Made by a program: the position numbers and the translations under genes | Assembly (NCBI GenBank): GCA_041653755.1 | Contig: JBAZEU010000001.1 | Span: 129,398 to 193,397, forward strand | Direction: 5' to 3' | DNA length: 64,000 bases | Source of the DNA: Minisyncoccota bacterium | GTDB taxonomy: Bacteria > Patescibacteriota > Minisyncoccia > UBA6257 > UBA9933 | Notes under the pieces: generated by a model | What the model saw: only the letters and a program-made list of their open reading frames with translations | Databases searched by the model: none | What the model was told of the DNA's origin: nothing | In this document: positions 19,221 through 29,817 of the stretch, piece after piece | Layout of the letters: each line of letters opens with the position of its first letter | Position numbering within the stretch: the first letter of the stretch is position 1

Positions 19221-20639
19221 ATGACTTACAAACCTACAATCGGTTTAGAAATCCATACAGAGCTAAAAACTGCGCAAAAGATGTTTTGCGGTTGTTCGAA
19301 TGACCCGGAAGAAAAAAGACCGAATATTAATGTTTGCCCTATTTGTTTGGCCCACCCGGGAGCGTTGCCGACTATTAATAAAGAAGCGGTGGAAAAGGTC
19401 ATACAAGTTGGTTTGGCTTTGGGTTCTAATTCGCCAGCTGGCGAATCTAAATTCGACCGTAAAAATTATTTTTATCCGGACCTGCCAAAGGGTTATCAAA
19501 TTTCTCAATTTGATGCGCCGCTCTGCGTTGGCGGGAATTTAAATAATATCCGAATTACCAGAATTCACCTTGAAGAAGATACAGCTCGTTTACTTCATTC
19601 AAATAAAGACGATTCTTCTTTAGTTGATTTTAATCGTGCCGGAATGCCATTGATGGAGCTGGTGACTGAACCGGACATTAAAAGCGCTGAAGAGGCGTTA
19701 AGTTTTGTAAAAGAGTTACAGCTGATTTTAAAATATTTGGGTGTGTCCGATGCTGATATGGAAAAAGGTCAGATGCGTTGTGAAGTGAATATATCGTTAT
19801 CAAAAAATGATAAATTAGGCACAAAGGTAGAAATAAAAAATTTGAATTCTTTCAGGGCAGTAGGGGAGTCAATTAAATATGAAATTGAAAGGCAGACAGA
19901 AGCGTTAGAAAAAGGAGAAAAAATTGTTCAGGAGACAATGGGTTGGGATGATATAAAGAAAAAAACAATTAGCCAAAGGACAAAAGAAGAGTCGCATGAT
20001 TATCGTTATTTCCCCGAACCGGATTTGCCGCCATTAGATTTAACAAAACTCGATTTAGAAAACTTAAAACGTGATTTGCCGGAACTGCCGGTCCAAAAGC
20101 GCGAAAGATTTATTAAAGAATACGGCTTAACCTCTCAACAAGTTGAATTATTGGTTATTGACCGTTTTGCCGGAAAATTTTTCGAAGAAGCCGTATCGGA
20201 ACTACAAACTACTAACGATAAACTACTAACTAATTTATACAATTATTTAACCAGTGATTTGTTTGGTCTGATTTCGCAGACAAAAATCGGGTATAAGGAT
20301 TTGAAAATTACGCCAGAGAATTTTGCGGAATTGATGAATATGATCGATAAAAAAGAAGTTTCTACCCGTACCGCAAAAGATGTTTTGAAAATTATGCTTG
20401 ATACTGGCCGTGATCCATTAGAGATTATTGAAAGTGAAGGGCTGAAACAAATTTCTGATGAATCTGGGATTATAGAAGTTGTTAAAAAAGTTATTTCAGA
20501 AAATCCGAAACCAGTTGAAGATTATAAGAAAGGCAAAGAAAACGCCATTCAGGCGTTGATAGGTAAAGCAATGGGACAGTTAAAAGGCAGAGCAAATCCA
20601 GAATCGTTGAAAAAGCTGATAAAAGAAAATTTAAGGTAG
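19221..20639 (+). CDS. gatB: Asp-tRNA(Asn)/Glu-tRNA(Gln) amidotransferase subunit B
   Basis: IGLEIHTELKT...CPICLAHPGALP; YqeY-like C-terminus. Confidence 0.9.
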   Translation: MTYKPTIGLEIHTELKTAQKMFCGCSNDPEEKRPNINVCPICLAHPGALPTINKEAVEKVIQVGLALGSNSPAGESKFDRKNYFYPDLPKGYQISQFDAPLCVGGNLNNIRITRIHLEEDTARLLHSNKDDSSLVDFNRAGMPLMELVTEPDIKSAEEALSFVKELQLILKYLGVSDADMEKGQMRCEVNISLSKNDKLGTKVEIKNLNSFRAVGESIKYEIERQTEALEKGEKIVQETMGWDDIKKKTISQRTKEESHDYRYFPEPDLPPLDLTKLDLENLKRDLPELPVQKRERFIKEYGLTSQQVELLVIDRFAGKFFEEAVSELQTTNDKLLTNLYNYLTSDLFGLISQTKIGYKDLKITPENFAELMNMIDKKEVSTRTAKDVLKIMLDTGRDPLEIIESEGLKQISDESGIIEVVKKVISENPKPVEDYKKGKENAIQALIGKAMGQLKGRANPESLKKLIKENLR

Positions 20640-20683
20640 TTTATCTCTTGTATTTCTTCCTTGTATCTTAGATAATTAATTAA

Positions 20684-21298
20684 ATGTCTAAATTAGCAAA
20701 AACCCTTGCTGTCATTGGAGTTATCTCTATGTTGGTTCCTTCTGTTTTTGCCGTTTCTAACGCTGATTTACAGGCTCAACTTAATGCTCTTTTAGCTCAA
20801 CTTCATTCTCTTCAGACCCAACTGAATCAAGGCAGCTCTTGCCCTTCTGTTGTTTTCTCAAAAGACTTGGAATTAGGATCAGTTGGCGACGATGTCAGAG
20901 TTTTGCAAAACTTTTTAATTTCTTCTGGTGTTGGTCCGAAGGCTAGAGTGTTGGAAGCTCATGGGACCACCAGATATTTTGGCCCCCTAACCCAAGCTGC
21001 CTTAATTGAATACCAACAGTCAGTGAATATTTCTCCAGCTATTGGATATTTTGGCCCCATTACCAGAAATTACATTAATTCTTTATGTGTCACAACAACC
21101 CAAACATCTGATTTAACTATTTCAACTTCCACTGCCTCCAATGGTTTAATTCTTCTGGTTCCAACTGTTACCACCCAATCTGCTAGCTATGTTTTACCTA
21201 ATGCCGCTACCTTAAATGGTTCTATCGTTGATGAAGGAAGTTCTTCTTTAACTAGTATTGGTTTTGAGTACGGTCTAACTACCAGCTATGGTTTATAG
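20684..21298 (+). CDS. 5' part of a secreted PG-binding / Fn3-repeat surface protein, ending at an in-frame TAG
   Basis: Signal peptide; PG_binding-like segment (DVRVLQNFLIS...LIEYQ); first Fn3-type repeat is cut by TAG 21296-21298. Confidence 0.6.
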   Translation: MSKLAKTLAVIGVISMLVPSVFAVSNADLQAQLNALLAQLHSLQTQLNQGSSCPSVVFSKDLELGSVGDDVRVLQNFLISSGVGPKARVLEAHGTTRYFGPLTQAALIEYQQSVNISPAIGYFGPITRNYINSLCVTTTQTSDLTISTSTASNGLILLVPTVTTQSASYVLPNAATLNGSIVDEGSSSLTSIGFEYGLTTSYGL

Positions 21299-21391
21299 AT
21301 TGTTTATCCTTTTTCAGGAGGGACAGGTTCTTTCCTCTTATTTGTCGCTGGTCTGGCTCCTGACACCACTTATCATTTCAGAGCCAAAGCC

Positions 21392-22555
21392 ATGAATACT
21401 AATGGCTGGGGTTATGGAGCAGACCAAACCTTAACTACGGCCACAATCTTAAACTATTCCTATCCAGCTGGAGGCGAAACAGCTATCCCTCCTACTGTTC
21501 CAACCATCACCACTCAAGCTGCCACCAATGTGGCCACTTCTACGGTTACCTTAAATGGAACTTTAACAGCTGAAGGAGGAGCTTCATCCACTATCTCTGG
21601 TTTTGATTACGGACTTACAGATGCTTATGGCACTGAAGCCACTTCTACTTACAATGCTGGAGTAGGCACTTTTTTAGAAAATATTACCAGTTTAACTCCC
21701 AATACCACTTACCATTTTAGAGCCAAAGCCAAGAATTCAGCTGGTTGGGGTTATGGAAGTGATACAACATTAACAACAATTTCCACTTCTACATTAACTA
21801 CCAACGCAGCTACTGATCTGGCCGCTACCACTGCTACCTTGAATGGAACCTTAACTGATGAAGGTCATTCATCTTCAACTATTGTTGGTTTTCAATACGG
21901 ACTTACAGACAGCTATGGTTCTGAAGCCACTTCCACTTATTCAGGAGGGACAGGAGCTTTCTCAAAAGGCATTACAGGTTTAACAGCCAGTACTCTTTAC
22001 CACTTCAAAGCTGAAGCCAAGAACTCTGCTGGTTGGGGTTATGGAAGCGATGCGACGTTGACTACAAATGCGCCACCGGCACCTCAAACAGGATATGTTG
22101 ACCCTTCATCTGACGTATCGGTAACGTGGACAAGTGGCGCACCAGCTGACCCAACAACCCATTATACTAGAGTAGACGATGGGATAAGACAACCGAACGC
22201 TTGTGATGAAGCAAATTGGAATGGTGTGGCTTCAAATACAGGAGGAATTGACACATTTGGAATGACAAATATTGAAGGAATAGCCACTGCAACTAATATA
22301 ACTATATGGGTAAATGGGACGCTGGTTGCTGGAACTGTACCTATCTACGGTTACACCAATTTAACCGGAGCAACAACAAAGACTGCTTTTGGTTTTGCTG
22401 CTTTTACTAAAGCGTGGAAAAGTGTAAGTTTTAATGGCACTTGGACGCAAGCAGACATAGACTCTTTGCAAGTTAGCGTTGAAATGGGAAATACTGGCGG
22501 TTCTGTGAGTATGACTGCATATGGAGTATATGCTGTCATAACCTACACCCAATAA
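21392..22555 (+). CDS. 3' part of the same surface-repeat protein
   Basis: Same frame as 20684..21298. Repeat units ...TTYHF(R/K)A(K/E)AKNSAGWGYGSD...; the repeat homology continues upstream to 21299 directly after the TAG. Confidence 0.6.
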   Translation: MNTNGWGYGADQTLTTATILNYSYPAGGETAIPPTVPTITTQAATNVATSTVTLNGTLTAEGGASSTISGFDYGLTDAYGTEATSTYNAGVGTFLENITSLTPNTTYHFRAKAKNSAGWGYGSDTTLTTISTSTLTTNAATDLAATTATLNGTLTDEGHSSSTIVGFQYGLTDSYGSEATSTYSGGTGAFSKGITGLTASTLYHFKAEAKNSAGWGYGSDATLTTNAPPAPQTGYVDPSSDVSVTWTSGAPADPTTHYTRVDDGIRQPNACDEANWNGVASNTGGIDTFGMTNIEGIATATNITIWVNGTLVAGTVPIYGYTNLTGATTKTAFGFAAFTKAWKSVSFNGTWTQADIDSLQVSVEMGNTGGSVSMTAYGVYAVITYTQ

Positions 22556-22627
22556 GGATAATAGATTACGTTGCGTTCGCGGTCTCTGATCCTACGAGGC
22601 GTCATAGACCCGGAGGGGCAATAAAAT

Positions 22628-23605
22628 TTAATAAAGAAAATTTTTAACTAATTTTTTGGCCTCTTTATAATTTTTTATCCATTTGATTATTTTGTCTTTT
22701 TTGAACCACGTCATTTGGCGTTTGGAAAATTGCCAGGTTTTTTGATTCAAAATTTCAATCATTTTTTCTTTAGTGATTAATTCGCGAAGGTAATAAGAAA
22801 TATACCTGTATTCTAAGCCCAATTCATCTAATCGTTTCCATGTTAATCCTCGTTGGTATAACTTTTTAATCTCTTCTATCATCCCTTGTTTTAGCCGTTT
22901 TTCTAGCCGGATTTTAATCAATTTTTGTAGTTCTTCTTTTGGTTTTTTTATCCCGATAATTAAAACATCAAACGTTGCTGTACGCTGATTTAAATCTGAT
23001 TTATGCGGATTTGGTTTGCCGGTGATTAAAACAATCTCTAACGCTCTGATTAATCGGCGTTTATTATATTTATCAATGTTTTTTGCTCTTTGCGGGTCAA
23101 GTTTTTTTAGTTGCTTGAAAAGTTCTTCAATGGATTTTTTCTCCAGTTTTTCTCTTAATTTTTTCTGTGGCGGAACTTCCGGAATTTGCCAGTTGTAAAT
23201 TAAAGAATAAATATAAAAAGCCGTACCGCCGCAGATTATTGGGATTTTACCTTTGGCTATGATTTTTTTTATAGCTTTTTTTGCCAGTTTTTGGTATTGC
23301 GCAACCGTGAATCTATTCTTGGGCGAAGCTATGTCTAGGAGATGGTGACGAATGCCTTGATGATAGAATTCTGAACTCTGAATTCTTAATTTTGAATTAA
23401 GGTCTTTCGTGACCTTTCCGGAGCCAAGATCAAGGCCTTTATAAACTTGTCTTGAATCAGCCGAAATAATTTCAATCCCGTTTATCCCGAATGTTTTTCG
23501 GGCCTGCCCGGAACTTAAGTGGAGGGCAATCTTTACAGCCAAGCCCGATTTTCCCGAGGCAGTAGGACCAAGAACAACGATTATTTTGTCTTTTTTATTC
23601 ATCAT
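22628..23605 (-). CDS. miaA: tRNA dimethylallyltransferase
   Basis: P-loop VVLGPTASGKS; IPT family layout. Confidence 0.85.
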   Translation of the reverse strand: MMNKKDKIIVVLGPTASGKSGLAVKIALHLSSGQARKTFGINGIEIISADSRQVYKGLDLGSGKVTKDLNSKLRIQSSEFYHQGIRHHLLDIASPKNRFTVAQYQKLAKKAIKKIIAKGKIPIICGGTAFYIYSLIYNWQIPEVPPQKKLREKLEKKSIEELFKQLKKLDPQRAKNIDKYNKRRLIRALEIVLITGKPNPHKSDLNQRTATFDVLIIGIKKPKEELQKLIKIRLEKRLKQGMIEEIKKLYQRGLTWKRLDELGLEYRYISYYLRELITKEKMIEILNQKTWQFSKRQMTWFKKDKIIKWIKNYKEAKKLVKNFLY

Positions 23606-23627
23606 TTCCTTGATATGATTATACTAT

Positions 23628-24623
23628 ATGAATATAGCTTTTTTCGAAACTGAAAAATGGGAAAAGGACTATTTATCCCAGAGAATTAAGGATTATCAAC
23701 TAAGCTTTCTTGAGAAGCCGTTAACGATCGAAAACGTAAATGAAGCGCAAAACGCCGAAATTATTTCGGTTTTTATTTATTCTAAAATTGACAAAGCGGT
23801 TTTGGACAAATTACCTAACCTGAAATTAATCGCTACTCAATCTACCGGTTTCGACCACATTGATATTGAAGAGTGTAAAAAAAGAAATATTGTTGTTTGT
23901 AATGTTCCTTTTTACGGAGAAAATACGGTTGCCGAGCACACTTTTGCTTTAATTCTTTCTATTTCAAGAAATATTCATAAATCATATTTAAGAACCACTC
24001 GAGAAGATTATACTATCGAGGGTCTCAAAGGTTTTGATTTAAAAGGGAAAACAATTGGTGTCATCGGTACCGGTCATATCGGCGAACACGTGATAAGAAT
24101 TGCCAAGGGTTTTGAAATGAATGTTTTGGCTTTTGATGTGAAGCAAAACAGTGAGCTAGCAACTAAATTGGGATTTCAATATGTCTCATTGGAAGACTTA
24201 TTGAAGCAGTCAGATATTATTACTCTTCATGCTCCTTATAATGAGAATACACATCATATGATAAATAAAGAGAATATTGGTTTAATTAAACCCGGCGCGG
24301 TCTTAATAAATACCAGTCGTGGTGGATTAGTTGATACTGAAGCATTAATAGAGGCCTTGGATAAAAAGCTTTTATCCGGTGTCGGTTTGGATGTTCTGGA
24401 AGGAGAAGAGCTTATTAAAGAAGAAAAACAGCTTTTATATGATCCGAAAAAGATAAATGATTTAACCCAGCTCGTTAAAGACCATATTCTTTTAAGCAGA
24501 GATAATGTAGTTTTTACGCCTCATATCGCGTTTTATAGCCAGGAAGCATTGGAAAGAATTTTAGATACCACGATTGAAAATATAAAGAATTTTATTGCTG
24601 GAATCCCCAGTAATAAAATATAA
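23628..24623 (+). CDS. D-isomer-specific 2-hydroxyacid dehydrogenase (NAD-binding)
   Basis: GVIGTGHIGEHV Rossmann motif; catalytic-domain signature. Confidence 0.8.
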   Translation: MNIAFFETEKWEKDYLSQRIKDYQLSFLEKPLTIENVNEAQNAEIISVFIYSKIDKAVLDKLPNLKLIATQSTGFDHIDIEECKKRNIVVCNVPFYGENTVAEHTFALILSISRNIHKSYLRTTREDYTIEGLKGFDLKGKTIGVIGTGHIGEHVIRIAKGFEMNVLAFDVKQNSELATKLGFQYVSLEDLLKQSDIITLHAPYNENTHHMINKENIGLIKPGAVLINTSRGGLVDTEALIEALDKKLLSGVGLDVLEGEELIKEEKQLLYDPKKINDLTQLVKDHILLSRDNVVFTPHIAFYSQEALERILDTTIENIKNFIAGIPSNKI

Positions 24624-24670
24624 ATAATTTTGTTTCAGGAAAATCGCAAAATACAGTGCAGTAAGGTAAA

Positions 24671-26428
24671 TTACTTTTTCTCTTCGATTTCCTCGAGAAT
24701 GTCTTTTATAAATTCTTCCGGAGTTTTCGTTTCTGATTTTTCAGTTCTGGTGTTCGTTATATTTATATTTTTTGCGGCAATTTCTTTGTCTCCGATAACC
24801 ACGATATAGGGGATTTTATTGATTTTTGCTTCTCTAACCTTTTTGCCAACAGTTTGGTTGTCTTCGTCCAAAGTAGCTCTTATCCCGTTTTCATTTAATA
24901 AGCTAAAAACTTCTTGCGCGTAATTTTTATGGCTTTCATTAACGGTTATTATTGAAATTTGAATAGGGGATAGCCAGACAGGAAAAGCGCCGGCATAGTG
25001 TTCTATCAAAACCCCGATAAATCTTTCCAAAGATCCCAATAAAGCCCGGTGGAGCATGAATGGCCTTTCCTTTTGTGATTTTTCGTTAATGAAATCGATA
25101 TCAAACCTTTCCGGCAGGTTAAAATCAACTTGAAGAGTGGATATTTGCCATTCCCGGCCAAGCGAATCTTTTACTTTGATATCCATTTTCGGGCCGTAAA
25201 AAACCGCTTCGCCTTCTTCTATCTCAAAATCCCACCCAGCCTTTTTAATCCCTTTTGCCAGCATGTTTTCCGATTCTTTCCATAATTCATCAGAACCTAA
25301 ATATTTCTTTTTATTTTTAGGGTCACGGACGCTCAATGCCACTCGGAAATCTTTAAACCCAAAGGTTTCGAGAACATCTTTTGTCAGTTTAATAGCTTTT
25401 TCAATTTCTTCTTCTAATTGGTCTTTGCGGCAAATTATATGGCCATCATCTTGCGTAAACCCTCTGACACGAGTTAAGCCGTGAAGAACCCCTGACTTTT
25501 CGTAGCGATAAACCGTGCCAAGTTCAGCGTATCTTATCGGCAAATCACGGTAACTTTTCGGAGAATTTTTATAAATCATTAAATGCATCGGGCAGTTCAT
25601 CGGCTTCAAATAATATTTTTCTTTTTCCACTTCAAGAGGGGAGTACATACCTTCTTTATAGTTGGTCAAATGGCCGGAAATTGAAAAAAGTTTTTCACTG
25701 CCGATGTGAGGAGTGCGAACAAGATCATAACCATTTTTAAGATATTTCTGAATAATAAAATCCTCAAGAATTTGGCGAAGCAATGCGCCTTTGGGCAGCC
25801 AGAGCGGAAGTCCTTGGCCGACCTCTTCAGAAATCATAAAAAGTCCAAGTTTTTGGCCGAGTAACACATGATTTCTTTTTTCTGATTCTTCAAGAATTCT
25901 TAGATATTCATCAAGTTGTTGTTTGTTTTCAAAAGCAATGCCATAGATTCTGGTGAGCATTTTATTTTTTTCACTGCCTTTCCAGTAAGCGCCGGCAAGT
26001 TTGGTAAATTTAAACGACTCGGGGTCGATTTCAGAAGTATTTTTAATATGCGGACCAGCGCAAAGATCAACAAACGAACCGGTTTCATATACGGAAATTT
26101 TTTCTTTTGTTTTTTGGAGTTCTTTGATGAGCTCTAATTTGTACGATTGATCCTTAAAAAGTTTTTTTGCTTCAGCGGCAGTAATTATTTTCTTTTGAAA
26201 ATCTAGTTTAGATTTTATCAGTTCTTTTACCCGTTTTTCGATCTTCGGCAAATCCTCTTCGGCTATTTTCCTTCCGTTTCCTCCGGGCAAATCGAAATCA
26301 TAGTAGAAGCCGTTTTCAATAGTTGGTCCGATGCCCAACTTTGTTTTCGGGTACATTTCTAAAACTGCCATTGCCATCAAATGACTTAAGGAATGTCTTT
26401 TCGCGTCTAAATTGCTCTCTTTCGCCAT
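24671..26428 (-). CDS. thrS: threonine--tRNA ligase (no N-terminal TGS domain)
   Basis: Class II motifs and editing-domain HxxxH (HSLSHL); anticodon-binding C-terminus. Confidence 0.9.
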   Translation of the reverse strand: MAKESNLDAKRHSLSHLMAMAVLEMYPKTKLGIGPTIENGFYYDFDLPGGNGRKIAEEDLPKIEKRVKELIKSKLDFQKKIITAAEAKKLFKDQSYKLELIKELQKTKEKISVYETGSFVDLCAGPHIKNTSEIDPESFKFTKLAGAYWKGSEKNKMLTRIYGIAFENKQQLDEYLRILEESEKRNHVLLGQKLGLFMISEEVGQGLPLWLPKGALLRQILEDFIIQKYLKNGYDLVRTPHIGSEKLFSISGHLTNYKEGMYSPLEVEKEKYYLKPMNCPMHLMIYKNSPKSYRDLPIRYAELGTVYRYEKSGVLHGLTRVRGFTQDDGHIICRKDQLEEEIEKAIKLTKDVLETFGFKDFRVALSVRDPKNKKKYLGSDELWKESENMLAKGIKKAGWDFEIEEGEAVFYGPKMDIKVKDSLGREWQISTLQVDFNLPERFDIDFINEKSQKERPFMLHRALLGSLERFIGVLIEHYAGAFPVWLSPIQISIITVNESHKNYAQEVFSLLNENGIRATLDEDNQTVGKKVREAKINKIPYIVVIGDKEIAAKNINITNTRTEKSETKTPEEFIKDILEEIEEKK

Positions 26429-26464
26429 AGGCCTATTTTAGTAAAAAAAGACGTTAAAATCAAT

Positions 26465-29400
26465 CTAATTTATCTCTATCGCTCCTTGGCAGACGATCTT
26501 TGGTTCATCATTGCGCCAAGATAGTTGTCCTTCAATCACTAAAATATTATTCTCCCGCCAAATTGTTGGATTTTTAGCCAAGGCATCAGCGAACACAACA
26601 ACTTCAACGGATGAATCGAAATCCTCGATTTTTACAAAAAGAATTGGCTGACCATTTTTACTGATGATTCTTTTAATCGTAGAAATAATTCCGGCGATTC
26701 TTATCCTGTTATTGCTGCGTTTGAAAGCGCCAAAAGTATGAGTTTTCCCATTATCCCCGTTGCCAATAACTTCTTTTATTGGCGATGCTTTATATCCTTT
26801 TATCTGAGATTGATAATCACTTAATGGGTGACCGGAGATATAAAGACCGAGCAGTTGTTTTTCCCATGCCAGTTTTTCTTTTTTGGAAATCGGCTGGGCT
26901 GGTTTTAATTTTAAGCCGCCGTTGCCATTCGGATAATTTGAACCAAAAAGATTGTCTTGGGCATTATCTTTTTCTTTTTTGGCGTTTTGCCTGAAAGATA
27001 TAATTTCTTCAATACTTGCCAAAAGAGTGTTTCGGTCTACGTCTAAAGAATCAAAGACGCCGGTTTTTGTTAACGCTTCCAAAGATTTTTTATTTAAATC
27101 TTTGTGGCTGACTCTTGAGATAAAATCAGAAAAATTAATAAATGGTCCGGAACGCATCCTTTCATCGATTATAAAATCTACAATGTTTTTACCAACATTT
27201 TTTATGGCCAATAAACCAAATCGGATATTTTTTTCTTCCGGAGCGAAATATGAAAAACTTTTGTTTATATCAGGCGGTAAAACGATAATCTTTGATTTTT
27301 TCGCTTCGGCTATCAAAAACGCAATCCTTTCTATGTCGCTAGAATCAGCATTTAAAAGAGAGGTCATAAATTCGGTTGGCCAGTGGGTCTTCAAATAGGC
27401 CGTTTGGTAGCCAATAAGGGCGTAGCAGACGCTGTGGCTGCGATTAAAGCCATATTTAGCGAACGGTTCAAACCATTGCCAGATTGTTTCGGCCGTCTTT
27501 TGATCTATATTCCTCTTTAACATTCCTTCGATGAGCTTCCCTTTTTGCATATCGAGGAGAGATTTAATTTTCTTACCGATAGCTTTTCTTAATGTGTCAG
27601 CCTCAGAGAGAGAAAAGCCGCCCATATTTCTGGCGATTTCCATCATCTGTTCCTGATAAATTCCAATGCCGTAGGTTTTTGAAAGAATTTTTTCCAAGTC
27701 AGGATGAATATAAGTGATTTTTTCTTGCTTATGTTTTCTTTTAATATATTGCGGAATAAGCTCCATCGGGCCGGGACGATACAAAGCAACCATCGCTATA
27801 ATGTCTTCAAGCTCGGTGGGCTTTAATTCTTTTAAGTAGTGGCGCATACCGCTGCTTTCCAGCTGGAAAACGCCGATAGTTTCCGCATTCTGGAATAATT
27901 GGAAAGTTTTTTTGTCGTCTAGCGGTATCTTTGAAATATCAATTTTTTCTCCGGTGAGTTCGAAAATTAATCGAATTGTCTCTTCGATAATGGTTAAGTT
28001 TTTTAATCCCAAGAAATCCATTTTTAAAATTCCTAAATCTTCGATGGAATGCATTTCGAATTGAGTAATAATAAGATTTGGATCTTGTGGTGCTCTTTGG
28101 AGGGGAACAATTTCGGTCAGCGGATCTTTGGAAATCACAATACCGCAAGCATGAACAGAGGCGTGTCTGGCCACGCCTTCGAGATGAGAAGCGGCATCAA
28201 TTATTTTTTTAGCATCGTCGTTGCTTTCATATAAGCTTTTTATATCAGCTACTTTCTCAAGCGATTCCTGAAGACCCATCATTGGCGGAATTAATTTTGA
28301 CAATTGATCGCATAATGCGTAAGTCATGCCTAAAGCCCTCCCAGCATCTCTAATTGCAGCGCGGCTGGCCATTGTTCCGAAAGTGATAATTTGCGCAACT
28401 TTATCCTCGCCGTATCTTTGTTTAACATAGCCTAAAACTTCATCGCGTCTGACGTCGGTAAAATCGATATCGATATCAGGCATTTGGATTCTGTCCGGAT
28501 TCAAAAATCTTTCAAAGAGAAGGTCGTATTTTATCGGGTCGACATCTGTTATGTTCAAAATGTAGGAGACAATGCTACCGGCGGCTGAACCTCTTCCCGG
28601 GCCAACGACAATGCCCTGATTTTTCGCCCAGTTGACGATGTCTTGAACGATTAAAAAGTAGTCGGCAAAACCGGTCTTTTCGATTACCGAAAGCTCATAC
28701 GCTAGACGCTCTTTTGCGGCTTCGTCTGTTTCTGGATAGCGTTGAGGGAATCTTTCGTTAATTAATTGTTCTAAATAAGTATTGCTATTTTCACCGGTTG
28801 GCAACGGAAATTCTGGAAGTCGTATTTGATTTAACGTTATTTGGACATTGCATCGGTCAGCGATTTTTACAGTATTCTCAATGGCTTTAGGAAGGTCTTT
28901 GAAATTTTCTATCATTTCTTCCGGCGTGGACATTGAAAGATCGTCTGAAAAAGTTAATCGTTTTTCGTCGGTGACTTTGTTCCCGGTTTGAACAGCCAAC
29001 AAAATATCTTGGTATTCAGCATCTTCTTTTCTTAAATAATGGATGTCTTGGGTGGCGACTAAAGGAATGCCAGTTTCTTGAGAGAGTTTTTTAAGATCTT
29101 TATTTACTTTTTCGATTGCTTCAACTTTCGGATGGTGGCCAATTTCTATGAAGAAATTATCTTTCCCAAAAATATCTTGATAAGTTTTTGCGACCTCTTT
29201 GGCTTGTTCGAATTTGTTATTCAAAATCAATTGTGGAATTTCTCCTTGCATGCAGCCGGATAAAGCAATTAGCCCTTCGTGAAGTTCTTTTAAGATTTCT
29301 TTATCAGCCCGCGGTTTATAATAGAAGCCTTCAAGGTTTGCTTTCGTGACAATCTTCAATAAATTTTTCCAGCCGGTTTCATTTTCGCAAAGAAGGGTGA

Positions 29401-29665
29401 GATGAAAATATTTTCCGTTGGCTTGAACACTTTTTTCGAAACGGCTTTCAGGCGCAACATACATTTCAACACCTAAAATTGGTTTGATTTCAAATTTTCT
29501 CGCCGCCTTATAGAATTCAATTGCGCCATAAAGATTACCGTGATCAGTTAAGGCTATGGCATCCATTCCCAGTTCTTTTACCCGTTTGACTAAATCCTCG
29601 ATCTTAGCCAACCCATCAAGTAGGGAGTAATGACTATGCGTATGTAAATGAATAAACTTTGACAT
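26465..29665 (-). CDS. dnaE: DNA polymerase III subunit alpha
   Basis: PHP domain (HLHTHSHYSLLDG), polymerase core, OB domain. Confidence 0.9.
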   Translation of the reverse strand: MSKFIHLHTHSHYSLLDGLAKIEDLVKRVKELGMDAIALTDHGNLYGAIEFYKAARKFEIKPILGVEMYVAPESRFEKSVQANGKYFHLTLLCENETGWKNLLKIVTKANLEGFYYKPRADKEILKELHEGLIALSGCMQGEIPQLILNNKFEQAKEVAKTYQDIFGKDNFFIEIGHHPKVEAIEKVNKDLKKLSQETGIPLVATQDIHYLRKEDAEYQDILLAVQTGNKVTDEKRLTFSDDLSMSTPEEMIENFKDLPKAIENTVKIADRCNVQITLNQIRLPEFPLPTGENSNTYLEQLINERFPQRYPETDEAAKERLAYELSVIEKTGFADYFLIVQDIVNWAKNQGIVVGPGRGSAAGSIVSYILNITDVDPIKYDLLFERFLNPDRIQMPDIDIDFTDVRRDEVLGYVKQRYGEDKVAQIITFGTMASRAAIRDAGRALGMTYALCDQLSKLIPPMMGLQESLEKVADIKSLYESNDDAKKIIDAASHLEGVARHASVHACGIVISKDPLTEIVPLQRAPQDPNLIITQFEMHSIEDLGILKMDFLGLKNLTIIEETIRLIFELTGEKIDISKIPLDDKKTFQLFQNAETIGVFQLESSGMRHYLKELKPTELEDIIAMVALYRPGPMELIPQYIKRKHKQEKITYIHPDLEKILSKTYGIGIYQEQMMEIARNMGGFSLSEADTLRKAIGKKIKSLLDMQKGKLIEGMLKRNIDQKTAETIWQWFEPFAKYGFNRSHSVCYALIGYQTAYLKTHWPTEFMTSLLNADSSDIERIAFLIAEAKKSKIIVLPPDINKSFSYFAPEEKNIRFGLLAIKNVGKNIVDFIIDERMRSGPFINFSDFISRVSHKDLNKKSLEALTKTGVFDSLDVDRNTLLASIEEIISFRQNAKKEKDNAQDNLFGSNYPNGNGGLKLKPAQPISKKEKLAWEKQLLGLYISGHPLSDYQSQIKGYKASPIKEVIGNGDNGKTHTFGAFKRSNNRIRIAGIISTIKRIISKNGQPILFVKIEDFDSSVEVVVFADALAKNPTIWRENNILVIEGQLSWRNDEPKIVCQGAIEIN

Positions 29666-29817
29666 AATTGTATGTAGACTTGCCCCGTTAGATTTGAGCA
29701 GAGCGAAAATCTATGCGGGGTGAACGAATTTCATAATAAGTTTAATAAAAAAGATAAGGATATTATATAATATTAAATGACTTTAATATATCGAGCTAAA
29801 GCTCGCTATACAAACCC

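Noticed and set aside
22556-22627. GC-rich 70-bp segment between the convergent surface-protein gene and miaA (GCGTTCGCGGTCTCTGATCCTACGAGGCGTCATAGACCCGGAGGGGC)
   Set aside because: It contains only weak 5-bp stems. It is probably a convergent-terminator or spacer region, with no support for an RNA gene.
29690-29730. Imperfect hairpin CCCCG-TTAGATTT...AAATCTA-TGCGGGG in the dnaE/rnhB divergent region
   Set aside because: The stem is interrupted by mismatches and there is no flanking T-run. It could be an operator but the evidence is insufficient.
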